DNA from: Candidatus Poribacteria bacterium
GTDB taxonomy: Bacteria; Poribacteria; WGA-4E; WGA-3G
Direction of reading: 5' to 3'
Length of the DNA: 64,000 nt
Assembly: GCA_964291315.2 (NCBI GenBank)
Contig: OZ219753.1
Span: 1,600,001-1,664,000, forward strand
The notes under the pieces are model-generated. The model was not told where the DNA came from and made no database searches. It saw only the letters and a list, made by a program, of their open reading frames with translations. This document shows, one piece after another, positions 21,401-30,577 of this stretch (position 1 is its first letter; the number at the start of each line of letters is the position of its first letter). The position numbers and the translations under genes are program-made.

Positions 21401-24400
21401 CTAAAACCGCAGCACGTTCTATTGCGGGGAAGCGAACACGCCTTTCATCACTAATTTCCCATACAACATCATCATTGACTTCCCTGCGTATATTGTAATT
21501 CCCAAAACTACCCGCTTCAATCATACGTCGCATGTGCCCGCGTACCGTATTTACGAACTTCCTGCCCACATATTCCCATAAAGACCGAGCATCTGCGTAA
21601 TCTATCTCTTCAAGCACGACACCATTATAGAAAACCTTTGCGACACCACTCCCCTCAAGGAACTCAACCACATACCCCTGGTATTCCTGATGCACATACC
21701 TACGGACAACAGGATTGTCATAATGCTGTTCCACCCAGTTTTTATCTGTTGGTGTCCATGTATTTTGAGCCTCTAATCGTCTCCTGAGTAGGCTCGGGAC
21801 TGCCCATCTGAGTTGAGCTACCGTGCGTTGAGCATCAAGAGAGTCCATCACTTCCCTATTGACCACATCAACTAAAGCCTCATATACATCGAGCCGAGTG
21901 TAGAGCGGAGTTTCTGAAGCGAACACAGCCGTCTCTATCGCTTGCGTCAACTCTGCACCAAACACGAACGCAATATCCCTTGACCAATCCTTCCAATCTT
22001 CTATAAGAATGTTATTAGGGTCAGTATCTGCTTCCCGCCAGCCAGTAATAGTAGGCGGTTTCCCTTCTTGAACCTCAACACGTTGTCCGAAGGGACGTAC
22101 TTTCGGGAGATTCCATCCCTTTTCAGCCGCAACTTCACGTTGAGACCAAAGGATGTATGAGATCGCTTCATGCGGAGAACGTGGTTGTCCGTCTGGTGTC
22201 TCTATAGCGACAGCCACTGCGGGGACAGGTGTCCCATTTGCGTCGCGGAAGACAGGAACCGATTCATCCCCACGGAAGGCATCTATCCTATATCTGAAGC
22301 CCGATTCTGTGGGTACCACCTGAACAGTAAAAGTATAGTCAGGCGACTCAACAACACCATCTGCCCCTAAATCAAAAGCGACAGTATCCCCTAGTTCAAA
22401 TCGCCAGGCACCCTGACCCCCCATATCTATCGCGGCAAGCTGGAGCGGGATATTCCCTGATAAAGAGAAACCATCTCGCATCACCATTGCGATAGGAGCA
22501 ATCGCCCTTCGCAACGCATCTGTTGTATTCAGCGGGCCTGTTTGCCAGTTCGTGACAAACACTTTATCACTTATCGTCCCATCTTTCCGGTTCTCAATTG
22601 TCACCTCACCCTTCTCACCCTTCTTGAATCGGATAGTTAAGTCAGAGCCGAGCATCGCGACCTGTACTTCTGTATCAGAGTCCTGGATCACCTCAAACTG
22701 TGTCCCCTTTGTCCTATCTATGTAAAAACGTGTAGACTCCCGTTTTGTGCCATCCGCATCCGTCTCCTCCATAGAAGCAACCGCCATCCGCAACTGCGTT
22801 GAGGGACGACGAAATACCTGCTTTTTATCAGGAATAACGACATATTCGTGCATCGCAGACGCAGGTACCAGTTTCCCCGTATTCGTCAACACTATATCTG
22901 AACGGGGACGCTCACCCGCTAACGTCTCTAGATTCTTTTGAAACGCAGAGAGCGGTAAATTGGTAAGAACGACACCTTTCAACTTAAATGCGTCTAGACC
23001 TCGGAGTTCTACAAAAGCCGATTGTAATGTATTGAGGAGCTGCTTTAAGGCGACACCCTCAGGCTCCCAAAGCGACATCATAGAGAAATTTTCATTTTTA
23101 GACGTAAACGTTTCAAGGTCTGCTGCGAGCTGCATCAACCGGTTCTGCTTAACCGTGTCTTCCGTATTCCCCGCGAGACGCTTGAGCATATGAGCCGTAT
23201 CCCCCGCCATATCTGAAAGCCCCGCACCCCGTCGCTCACCCGTTGCTCGCCATTTCCCATCAGGCCCCTTCTTCTTCACCTCTGCTGTAGCGGGTATAGA
23301 CCCATCATTCCAGAGGGCATCAAACCCATTTTCAGGAGCATTTATGACCATTTCATATGTATCAAACCATTGCGGAGCATAAATCTCATCTATCTGCGAC
23401 TCCCGTGGCACACCTGTTGCAGCGACCCGTCCTGCGAGAGACCGTATCTGAGCCTTAGGCGAACGCGGGTCTTCTACTACACCCTCACCGTCATCCTCCG
23501 TATCCTCATCTGCGTCAGGCGGGCGTTCCCCCGCTTCTATGATCTCTTCATCCGTCGCTGTATCCGGTTCCTCTGCTTCCGCTTGATCTTGTGCGAAGTC
23601 AGGATTATCTAAATCTATATCATCCATAGAGCCGACACCCTGGTTCGTAATCTCAGACAACAGCACAGTCTGTATCGTTTCTGGCGAATACTCCACCGTC
23701 TGCGGTACCGGGACAGATGTAATATGAGGCGTGAGACGCTGCATCTCTCTACGGATTGACTTGAGATAATTTTCCACCTGCGTCAAGATGTTTGGAGGGT
23801 CAGGGAGCCGCAACACGAACTGACGCACCGCTGCGATCTCCGCTTCTGTCGGACGAGCATCCGTACGGGACGTTTGATACCGAGTAATAAAAGACTTAAC
23901 TAAATCCCATTGCTGTTGCTTTTCTTTTATAGTGTAGCCTTTAAAGACAAGATCCGCGACAGAGAGGTCTTCAAGCTCTACAGGCGTTCCGAACGAGACA
24001 CGTTCTGTATCTCCTCTAACATCTGTTCTCCACAGATGCGGAGTTACCCACAGATATTCATAAAGTGCTTCATTCTCAGAGTCCCAGCCTTGCGAGAAAT
24101 CTGACCATGGCATTTGGAGCCGAATATTCAACGGGAAAGACAACGGCAAACGCAGGCCTTTATTCTGTGGCGTGACGACAGAGAGATATTTACCACTTAC
24201 AGAGAGACGTACCTCTATATCCCTGAAATTCCCTAAATAATAATGATATACCTGCTTTTCTGTCAGAACAGGGATTGAGGCGTAAGGAACATTCTCTTCC
24301 TGCCAGCTGAACGTCTGGTCTTCATCACGCGTATGGTGTTGCTCCCCTACCTTCGCGTACTCACCCCGTGTTACAATATCCTGTGGCGGTGCGAGACCAC

Positions 24401-27400
24401 CTTGTTCTGTATCTCGGGATGCGAGATTTACGACACGATACTTTAGATTACCACGACGCTTCACCGGTATCAGAGGATCGTTCGGGTGTGATTCTACGGA
24501 ATCAACAGAGCTATCCCCATAGATACCTGGATTTACAACACCGGGAGCGAGCGAACGGAAGAGATGCTCTACAGCGACAGGGAAGTCCTCACTACCAAAA
24601 ACGAGCCCCGCATATGCTTCCCGAGTTCCTAATTCGGAAGGGAACGCTGTCCGCATCCCAAGTTCTGCGGCACCTTCTGTCATTTCTGTCTCTAGTTGCA
24701 ACAGGTCTGCTTCTTGCGTCCGAGGCGTAGTGAGTTTCCACTCCACACTATCCTCAGGCCCCCTTCGCAAAATAAGTTCAAAGCCGGGATAATGCGCGTG
24801 TCTATAGATAACCTGTTGTACCGTCCCTTCCGTATCTGCTTTTAAATCTACAAGTGCGAGAGCACCCGCTGCCTTAGGAGCATACATAGACATCGCTTTT
24901 GTCACACGAACCTCACTCCGTCCGGCAATAGGGTCAGGCGGTGGAGCGGGAACTTCTCTCGCAATCCCTACAGGGTCAAACACCTCTGTGAGACCACCGG
25001 GCTGGATGTCTACCACACGCATCCCTAGCACATCGTGCATAATCTCGCCAAGAATAGAGCGGTGCGAGGCACGAGATTCACGTTCTAACGCCCCGAACGC
25101 AATCGCACTCTCTCCCAAAGCCTCCCCGGCGATATGAAGACGGATCGTGTCTTTAAGAAACATCCCGAGGTCTTTCTGTGTTTTCCGTAGATAGTTATGA
25201 TACGCAGCAGTAAAAGCAGGGTCAAGCCCACCCCTTCGGAGACGGTCATTTGTGCGCGTAATCCCTGAAAGTCTATCTATAATCAACTGATAGGCGTGGT
25301 CATTTTGAGAAGGCGTGAATTCGTGAGCTGCGACATACTTTATATCTGTATCCCTAAAAGATTCCCGCAGACGTTCTGCGTGAGACCAAGAATCTTCAAG
25401 AGCGTTTGTCTGTGGATTGCGTTGCCTGTCCCACATCGTCATCCGCACATCCACGAACACTTTAACACCAGAGGCTTTCAAATCCCTGTAGAATGTTTCA
25501 AAGTTTTCATAGTTACGGAGACCTATCAATCCCCCTGTAACAGTCCGTTCCGCTTCATCTAACGGAGTGACATATTCAAACTCAGAAGATGTTGTAGGTG
25601 CGGGGTGTCGTGCTGCGAGCAGGCGGTTGAGTATACGAAGTTCCGCAGAAGCACGGAGGGCCGCACTTTGTGTCGGTATCGCTCCCTCTTTTGTCAACTG
25701 GCTCTGAATCTCTCCGATACGATCCTGTAGTTGTCCTTCTGTCCAGTCCGCTGTTTTTGTTTCAAATTCCTGGTACGCTTTTTCTGCGAAAGCAGAAGTG
25801 GGATGTGTAAGTGTCGCGACCTCTTTGAGTGCTTTTAGGAGATTCTTTCCATCCCAAAGATATGTTGTTTCAATCTTCCCCGTCCGTTTATTTTGATACT
25901 CCCCTTTTTTGACCAGCGGGCTAGACTTTGTATTCTTGAGAACAATCACGCCAGGGAGTGTCGCGAGGTACTCGCTCCCTTCAAGTGGAGAACCGAAAAG
26001 AGCAGGGTCAAGGATAACAACAGGGCGGCCCGCTTGCAAGGATTTTAGAGCCGTATCTACTGCCTGGTCATTCTCTTTATGGCTCGCGTGTGTAATGAAA
26101 GTCACGTGGCTAAGAGACGCGATAAGAGCATTCTTCTGAAAGTTGTTCCTCTGATATGGCGATCTCCCTGTTGCCGTTGTCACCTCGTTGGCATCATAGC
26201 CTGTCGGATGCATAGAGATAGCACCCGCATTTACTCCATCAATTTCAGGCACATTCGGCTGATACTGAGCCGTTCGGCTAAAAGGCGTAGCACGCCTCTC
26301 TATCCCGCCGGGCATTGCGACCAGCACATTCGCCCGCTTCTGTTTTGTAACAGCTTTCACCACTTCACGCCCTGTGCCAAAGGTGCCATCTGTGACAGCA
26401 ATCTCCTCATTCAGTGCGGTAGCAAGTGCAGCCGCTGCATTAGCACCTTCTCCCTGTGCTTTATTATAGGCATCTATTCGCTCTTCAACCGCTTGATCCC
26501 ATTCTGAAGCATCCGTGATCCATCCGAGGCGAGTCGCAACATCTATCTTCTTCTGCCGCGTCTGCTCTTCTGTCTCTCCCATAGAAGAAAACGAGCTGTT
26601 ATTACGCTGAGAGCCTGCTATTCCGAAGGTCAGATTACCTTGAGCCGCTTTATTAAGAATCATCTCCGCAGTATTGTGGAGATAGAGCGACCTTATATCT
26701 ATCCCGAGAGCGTCAGCCGCGGACTGCATCCGTGGCGGTAAATCCGCAAAAGGCATTTGTCCCGCAGGTTCAGCGTCTGCGGGTGTCGGCACAGGTATTT
26801 TTCCATCTTTGAGCTGCTGCCGTATTTGCATCAAATGTCGGCCAAGTAGGTTCTCTCCCTTGACACCTTGCGGAGTTATATTCACACCCCAAACGGGTTT
26901 CGCGTTACTGATCGTCTCCCGGTCGGTGCTAATCGGTTCTACAAAAAGCAAACGACGGTCACCTGTTGCGAGGAGCCAGTCTGCGAGTGTCCTCGCCTCA
27001 CGAGCATCAAACTTGTAAAGCTGGGGAGACGCATATTTCGCAAGCAACGCTTCACGCATCAACGAACTCCTGCGTTGCACCCAGGCTGCGGTCTGTTCAG
27101 GCGTAAGTTCAGACTCATATTTATTCGCAATCTTCCACGCCTCTTCTGCGGTGTTTGCTCTACGGATACCTTCTGAGACAGGTATCTGTTGCCGTTTACC
27201 ATCACGAGCCCGTACCCACCACATCTTTAAGCCGCTGTTCGCAAACTTCATAGAGAGCATATAATGCTCAACAGAGGTATAACGTTGTCCGCCTATCTTT
27301 GGATAATCCGCAAAAAAAGTAGATAACGCGCGGAACGGGCCACGGAGCGATTCATAATTAAAATAGAGCGTATTGTTAACACTCCCCGCAGCTTCTTCCT

Positions 27401-28367
27401 CCGCGTCCACATCTAATCCCGCTTCATATTCCTGAAACTGCTCTAACCCCTCTTGGAACAGAGCCACTGTTTGCTGTAATTCTCGGAGCGTTTCTGCCTC
27501 TGTCTCTGTCCGCACATCCTTCGCTTCAAGTTCCGCAATATCCTCTTTTAAGTCTGCGATAGCTTTTTCAACATTCGAAACACTTAACTCCCCATCCTGC
27601 AATGCTTCAAACACTTCATTCTCTTGTCCGAAGGGAGAACCGAGGGTTTCCCAGCCATCGTCATCCGTATCCGCTTGTGCCTGTGCTTCACGTCGTTGCC
27701 GTATCCTGTCAAGGATTTTATTCGCTGCAGCATCACTTGTCCTTATCTTCGCAGTCTCTGGTATCTCTCGTTCTTCTTCTTCTGCTTCAGGCTCTCCGGG
27801 TTCTTTTATCGGCAGTTCTTCTTCCTGTTGCTGGGTTTCCTGCTCCTGTTCTTCTTCCTGCTCAGGCTCAGGCTCCGGTTCTGGTTCAGTTCTACGAGCA
27901 TATCGGGTCTGTCCCCCCTCTCTGCTACTATCTATTTCGTCAAAGAGGTTATCAACCGCCGTGATCAACGCTCGGAGTTCCAGCCATTGCGACAATCCCT
28001 CTGAGAAATAAGCCAGCTTTTCATGAGCCTTTCGAAGGTCTTTCACCTCTGCTTCGGTTAGCCCCGATTTCGCTTCGAGTTCCACAATCGTAGCTTCAAT
28101 CTGCGCTTTTCCTTCTTCAACCACAGCAACCGGCAGACCATCGCGGAGCGCACCAAACACTATATTTCCATCAGCAGCCTCTTCTCCAAACGATGACGTG
28201 AGTACGGTTGCTTCCTCTTCCACCTGATAGAGCGGGTGCGGTGGGCTTTCTTCTATTGCTGTATCGCCAACGAGTTCTGTTGTCTCATTGGTTTCTGATA
28301 CTCTTGAATAGCAGACATCTCGTCCGTCTCTCTCGCTGCTAATAAATCCTTTTTTCCGAGTTGACAC
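18285..28367 (-). CDS. Giant (3360 aa) polyvalent-type protein: repeated helical domain, NADAR, DprA/SLOG-like, DUF488-like, long unassigned region, truncated HsdR_N-like nuclease
   Basis: 10-kb uninterrupted ORF with GAGGAGG RBS before GTG. NADAR: LSTFF...SVEHY..SMKF...ALLAKY...LLATGDRRL...WG...GENLLGRHLMQIR. SLOG-like: GIAGS...KNALIASLS...AGRPVV. DUF488-like: VKVFVDVR...SHRSIL. C-terminus RRADVVL...IAEC. Confidence 0.8.
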   Translation of the reverse strand: MSTRKKGFISSERDGRDVCYSRVSETNETTELVGDTAIEESPPHPLYQVEEEATVLTSSFGEEAADGNIVFGALRDGLPVAVVEEGKAQIEATIVELEAKSGLTEAEVKDLRKAHEKLAYFSEGLSQWLELRALITAVDNLFDEIDSSREGGQTRYARRTEPEPEPEPEQEEEQEQETQQQEEELPIKEPGEPEAEEEEREIPETAKIRTSDAAANKILDRIRQRREAQAQADTDDDGWETLGSPFGQENEVFEALQDGELSVSNVEKAIADLKEDIAELEAKDVRTETEAETLRELQQTVALFQEGLEQFQEYEAGLDVDAEEEAAGSVNNTLYFNYESLRGPFRALSTFFADYPKIGGQRYTSVEHYMLSMKFANSGLKMWWVRARDGKRQQIPVSEGIRRANTAEEAWKIANKYESELTPEQTAAWVQRRSSLMREALLAKYASPQLYKFDAREARTLADWLLATGDRRLLFVEPISTDRETISNAKPVWGVNITPQGVKGENLLGRHLMQIRQQLKDGKIPVPTPADAEPAGQMPFADLPPRMQSAADALGIDIRSLYLHNTAEMILNKAAQGNLTFGIAGSQRNNSSFSSMGETEEQTRQKKIDVATRLGWITDASEWDQAVEERIDAYNKAQGEGANAAAALATALNEEIAVTDGTFGTGREVVKAVTKQKRANVLVAMPGGIERRATPFSRTAQYQPNVPEIDGVNAGAISMHPTGYDANEVTTATGRSPYQRNNFQKNALIASLSHVTFITHASHKENDQAVDTALKSLQAGRPVVILDPALFGSPLEGSEYLATLPGVIVLKNTKSSPLVKKGEYQNKRTGKIETTYLWDGKNLLKALKEVATLTHPTSAFAEKAYQEFETKTADWTEGQLQDRIGEIQSQLTKEGAIPTQSAALRASAELRILNRLLAARHPAPTTSSEFEYVTPLDEAERTVTGGLIGLRNYENFETFYRDLKASGVKVFVDVRMTMWDRQRNPQTNALEDSWSHAERLRESFRDTDIKYVAAHEFTPSQNDHAYQLIIDRLSGITRTNDRLRRGGLDPAFTAAYHNYLRKTQKDLGMFLKDTIRLHIAGEALGESAIAFGALERESRASHRSILGEIMHDVLGMRVVDIQPGGLTEVFDPVGIAREVPAPPPDPIAGRSEVRVTKAMSMYAPKAAGALALVDLKADTEGTVQQVIYRHAHYPGFELILRRGPEDSVEWKLTTPRTQEADLLQLETEMTEGAAELGMRTAFPSELGTREAYAGLVFGSEDFPVAVEHLFRSLAPGVVNPGIYGDSSVDSVESHPNDPLIPVKRRGNLKYRVVNLASRDTEQGGLAPPQDIVTRGEYAKVGEQHHTRDEDQTFSWQEENVPYASIPVLTEKQVYHYYLGNFRDIEVRLSVSGKYLSVVTPQNKGLRLPLSFPLNIRLQMPWSDFSQGWDSENEALYEYLWVTPHLWRTDVRGDTERVSFGTPVELEDLSVADLVFKGYTIKEKQQQWDLVKSFITRYQTSRTDARPTEAEIAAVRQFVLRLPDPPNILTQVENYLKSIRREMQRLTPHITSVPVPQTVEYSPETIQTVLLSEITNQGVGSMDDIDLDNPDFAQDQAEAEEPDTATDEEIIEAGERPPDADEDTEDDGEGVVEDPRSPKAQIRSLAGRVAATGVPRESQIDEIYAPQWFDTYEMVINAPENGFDALWNDGSIPATAEVKKKGPDGKWRATGERRGAGLSDMAGDTAHMLKRLAGNTEDTVKQNRLMQLAADLETFTSKNENFSMMSLWEPEGVALKQLLNTLQSAFVELRGLDAFKLKGVVLTNLPLSAFQKNLETLAGERPRSDIVLTNTGKLVPASAMHEYVVIPDKKQVFRRPSTQLRMAVASMEETDADGTKRESTRFYIDRTKGTQFEVIQDSDTEVQVAMLGSDLTIRFKKGEKGEVTIENRKDGTISDKVFVTNWQTGPLNTTDALRRAIAPIAMVMRDGFSLSGNIPLQLAAIDMGGQGAWRFELGDTVAFDLGADGVVESPDYTFTVQVVPTESGFRYRIDAFRGDESVPVFRDANGTPVPAVAVAIETPDGQPRSPHEAISYILWSQREVAAEKGWNLPKVRPFGQRVEVQEGKPPTITGWREADTDPNNILIEDWKDWSRDIAFVFGAELTQAIETAVFASETPLYTRLDVYEALVDVVNREVMDSLDAQRTVAQLRWAVPSLLRRRLEAQNTWTPTDKNWVEQHYDNPVVRRYVHQEYQGYVVEFLEGSGVAKVFYNGVVLEEIDYADARSLWEYVGRKFVNTVRGHMRRMIEAGSFGNYNIRREVNDDVVWEISDERRVRFPAIERAAVLEVYRNGNWEPERRRETRVVITDIALERQLAFVKEFEERDAAETDTDDDLEPLEVRAALDRRPTRTYARYTGPVRRLPRDIEDTQYYAGKDTPPVDHIQRYAIEGEPIEMHLLLTDRADDPSQANFPSPARSPVNAEKFRRVAFFDTERGIYVRREADAWVPDPTTFEAEPLRGFEHRRQTSELPVDIQSETPGESSREATEIDNERKAAIQAQRAYLRRTTPWILVDGVSESYILSTLEQLYRDMEPIRFLAGAYYSPVPEGIQHHFRVDIEISRSNFIETAESESAIAQELEARHTRFLQGVKAFNEQMVQSGQSTLAQSSTGLTPDGVALRVPNRNDAMQSTGFVNGVRVYESGTGLRIAIAQSAPDTFIASVTHAASGASLTIRDINASGFKKRSTARSYMDPLVLAFYEDEGYMGESGEAEILANAFDSAALSAIETFHRFADHSNKDRFFEKNVTVEYFVENAFDVEPPLSDRRMEGYRNELKDELDAETRATVLENLQELVDQQRALQNGLETSVSNYRRLLKSLEVEIARSGSEEVQKVYNRWGIRRLVFPKVGEGSPVGREALLNAIDTHVSNDVLRKSLREVVDSLESQMRRITRSYPIAIRDVKDAIWRLQGEYFKDAPYRPAVIRGQRRKSQNVLNTVLKTREGGREHVADSLTLDPETFDTASLTHSVTISDTALAQELRARREEIAGASPIAEQTQAEGVTVDVDGTEHRAVRASYRVTNNPFIRINAVSQAIEGSPATETQEAVGPREEILLVVEPRMRISRQNRVIFSLEVENSTDGEGTRIERLPRIVESFAQANYATLSAWLNPVHRGHIRVKELSSGETIYQITDDLRVSVRQVGNGQWQVEMPLLEQRDTDAAEQIEAMTEELDPADYDMIENIDLFRAEPGTVPQGIDYNTNFVLASSAYDALQKVILQKLANRENAPAFYRAIEPALQDVMFDDIRGRIATRFAEQVAGVETAVGAAGEPQVVEVVESYFSELKQEGFSTVKEYQIQMGVAHRRADVVLIDSEGNFAAIAECTCISR

Positions 28368-28516
28368 GTGTACCTCCTCACTCTATATTATTTTATACAA
28401 AAAACGTTCAAAAGAGAGAAAATAACCTCAGAAGAGATATTACTCCTCTTGGTGAAAATAGGAGCCCATTGAAGACATTTTCAGTGGCGACTTTCAAGTA
28501 GCTACGGTTCTCCGAA

Positions 28517-29383
28517 TCACAACGTTTTTTCGAATTCCTTCAGCAGGTTTCGCTGCTTGCGAGACAGCGATTTCGGTATTTCTACGACCAGCCTGACCTT
28601 TAAATCTCCTTTTCGTCCGGAGGCATCCACGGCGCCGCGCCCGCGTAAGCGGAGCTGCTGTCCGGGTTGCGCACCCGCGGGGATCTTTAGCTCGACATTG
28701 TCGGTGAGCGTTTTGATCCGAACAGAACCCCCTAACGCTGCGTCTGTCATAGAGATTTTGGCATCTGTTAGCAGGTCCAAACCGTCGCGTGTCAGGGTGG
28801 GATGAGGCTGCACAGAGACTGTTACCAATAGGTCCCCTGAGGTGCCTATTCCGCGAGATTCGCCTTGTCCTCGGATGCGGAGGGTTTTTCCATCTTCGAT
28901 AGTGGGCGGAATTGTAAGCGTGATCCGTTTTCCTCGGACGTTTACGTCTTTCTTACTGCCTAATACTGCGTCTGAGAAAGGGATAGTGATATTCATACGA
29001 ATATCTCGTCCACGGGCTGGCGTAGTAGTTCGGCGCTGTCCGAATGCGTCGCCGAATGCGTCGCTAAATCCGCCGAGCCCGCCGAACCCGCGTCCAAAAA
29101 TGTCATCTAAATTGAGGTGGGCGAAAATATCATCCGTGGTCCTATAGCCTTCGAAACCCATGTTGTTGACTCCGGCGTGCCCCTGTGTATCATAGACGCG
29201 TCGCTTTTCTGGATCAGAGAGCACAGAATAGGCATTAGAGGCCTCTTTGAACTTCTCTTCTGCTGCTTTATCGCCAGGGTTTTTGTCTGGATGATACCGG
29301 ACTGCAAGTTTGCGATACGCTTTCTTGATTTCGTCTGGCGTGGCTCCTCGGGCTATACCGAGGATTTCATAGTAATCTCTCAT
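28517..29383 (-). CDS. DnaJ-class chaperone without zinc finger (CbpA-like)
   Basis: J domain with HPD, G/F-rich region, DnaJ C-terminal domain, no CxxCxGxG repeats. Confidence 0.92.
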   Translation of the reverse strand: MRDYYEILGIARGATPDEIKKAYRKLAVRYHPDKNPGDKAAEEKFKEASNAYSVLSDPEKRRVYDTQGHAGVNNMGFEGYRTTDDIFAHLNLDDIFGRGFGGLGGFSDAFGDAFGQRRTTTPARGRDIRMNITIPFSDAVLGSKKDVNVRGKRITLTIPPTIEDGKTLRIRGQGESRGIGTSGDLLVTVSVQPHPTLTRDGLDLLTDAKISMTDAALGGSVRIKTLTDNVELKIPAGAQPGQQLRLRGRGAVDASGRKGDLKVRLVVEIPKSLSRKQRNLLKEFEKTL

Positions 29384-29427
29384 AGTATTTTCTGTGATAA
29401 AGGTTGTGCGGTGTATATCCGATCGAT

Positions 29428-30564
29428 TTAGAGCATCGCAAGAACTGCTGCAATATCATTTAAAGATCGATGCTGTTTTACAAGTGTGGTTCCGAATTGA
29501 AGTGCTGCTCTCTCTACCCGCAGTTTATGGGATATATCAACAATACTTTCTATATCTTTGACGTGGGCCGCCCCGATGAGACGGCGTAGGATCTCCAACC
29601 CTGCAAACCCGATTGCATCGTGAAAGATGCCCTGCAATACTTGTGCTTTCAATTTAGTATCAACTGTTTTAAATTCATCCGTGTAGATATGCCACGTTTG
29701 CATGAGGGCGGTTTTAAGCATCGATTGTACGCTTGCGGTGCCTCGGTGTGAAAAGTAGGATAAGAGGTAATTTGCCCAATAGCATCCGAGGTCAAATCCG
29801 ACGGGGCCGTAGAAGGCAAATTCGGCATCGATAACTTTGGCTGTGTCGTTTTGGACCAAAACGCTCCCTGTATGCAGGTCTCCGTGGGTAACGCCCTGTT
29901 GCGTTGTTAGGAAAATCTGTTTGAGGGACGCTGCCTGCCCCAAAAATTCCGGATCCGTTTTTAATTGTTGAACATCCTGTTCTAAGCCGGGTGTCCAGAA
30001 GTTCGTCTCATGGTCGGTATACGGGAAGGTGAATACATAGTCGGCAGTTATTGCCTGCATAGTTGTATTCGCGAATTGTTGGGCGTAGTGCTGTGCAGTT
30101 GCGGGGTCAAGATTCGCTACATAGGTCTGGCTATGTACAACCCCCATGAATCGTCCGATCTGCTCGGCGATTGCAAGGTCCACCCTGCCTGTGATCAGGT
30201 CGTCCCGTAGGACACGGGCATCTCGGAGGTCTTCCATAGCTATGACGGCTGTTTCCGCATCAAAGCTGTATTGCACAGGCACGGCGCTGCTTGCTAAGCG
30301 GTTGTAGACCTCTAGTGCGCGAGATTCGTAAGTCAACCGTTGGGTGGACAGCGGATACTCGGGCCCCAATATTTTAATATAGGGCGGTGCATATTTAAGG
30401 ACGAGCGAATGCTGTGGGCGCGCCGTGTCCGAGACGCGATAGATTGTGTTGAGGTTTCCATCGCCAATCTCTTCTACGCGCAATTCGGTATCAGCCCGAA
30501 ACATGTGGATATCTGCATGTCGCTGACGCAGGTAACTTGGTAGCGTGGCAAGGTTGATTTCCAT
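29428..30564 (-). CDS. mtnK: S-methyl-5-thioribose kinase
   Basis: [45 protein letters not shown]. Confidence 0.9.
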   Translation of the reverse strand: MEINLATLPSYLRQRHADIHMFRADTELRVEEIGDGNLNTIYRVSDTARPQHSLVLKYAPPYIKILGPEYPLSTQRLTYESRALEVYNRLASSAVPVQYSFDAETAVIAMEDLRDARVLRDDLITGRVDLAIAEQIGRFMGVVHSQTYVANLDPATAQHYAQQFANTTMQAITADYVFTFPYTDHETNFWTPGLEQDVQQLKTDPEFLGQAASLKQIFLTTQQGVTHGDLHTGSVLVQNDTAKVIDAEFAFYGPVGFDLGCYWANYLLSYFSHRGTASVQSMLKTALMQTWHIYTDEFKTVDTKLKAQVLQGIFHDAIGFAGLEILRRLIGAAHVKDIESIVDISHKLRVERAALQFGTTLVKQHRSLNDIAAVLAML

Positions 30565-30577
30565 ATCTTCCGTAAGT

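Noticed and set aside
12855-28400. Intact prophage or integrative element
   Set aside because: No integrase, structural, replication or conjugation genes; a housekeeping aminotransferase lies in the middle; no att-like copy of the tRNA-Leu 3' end noticed
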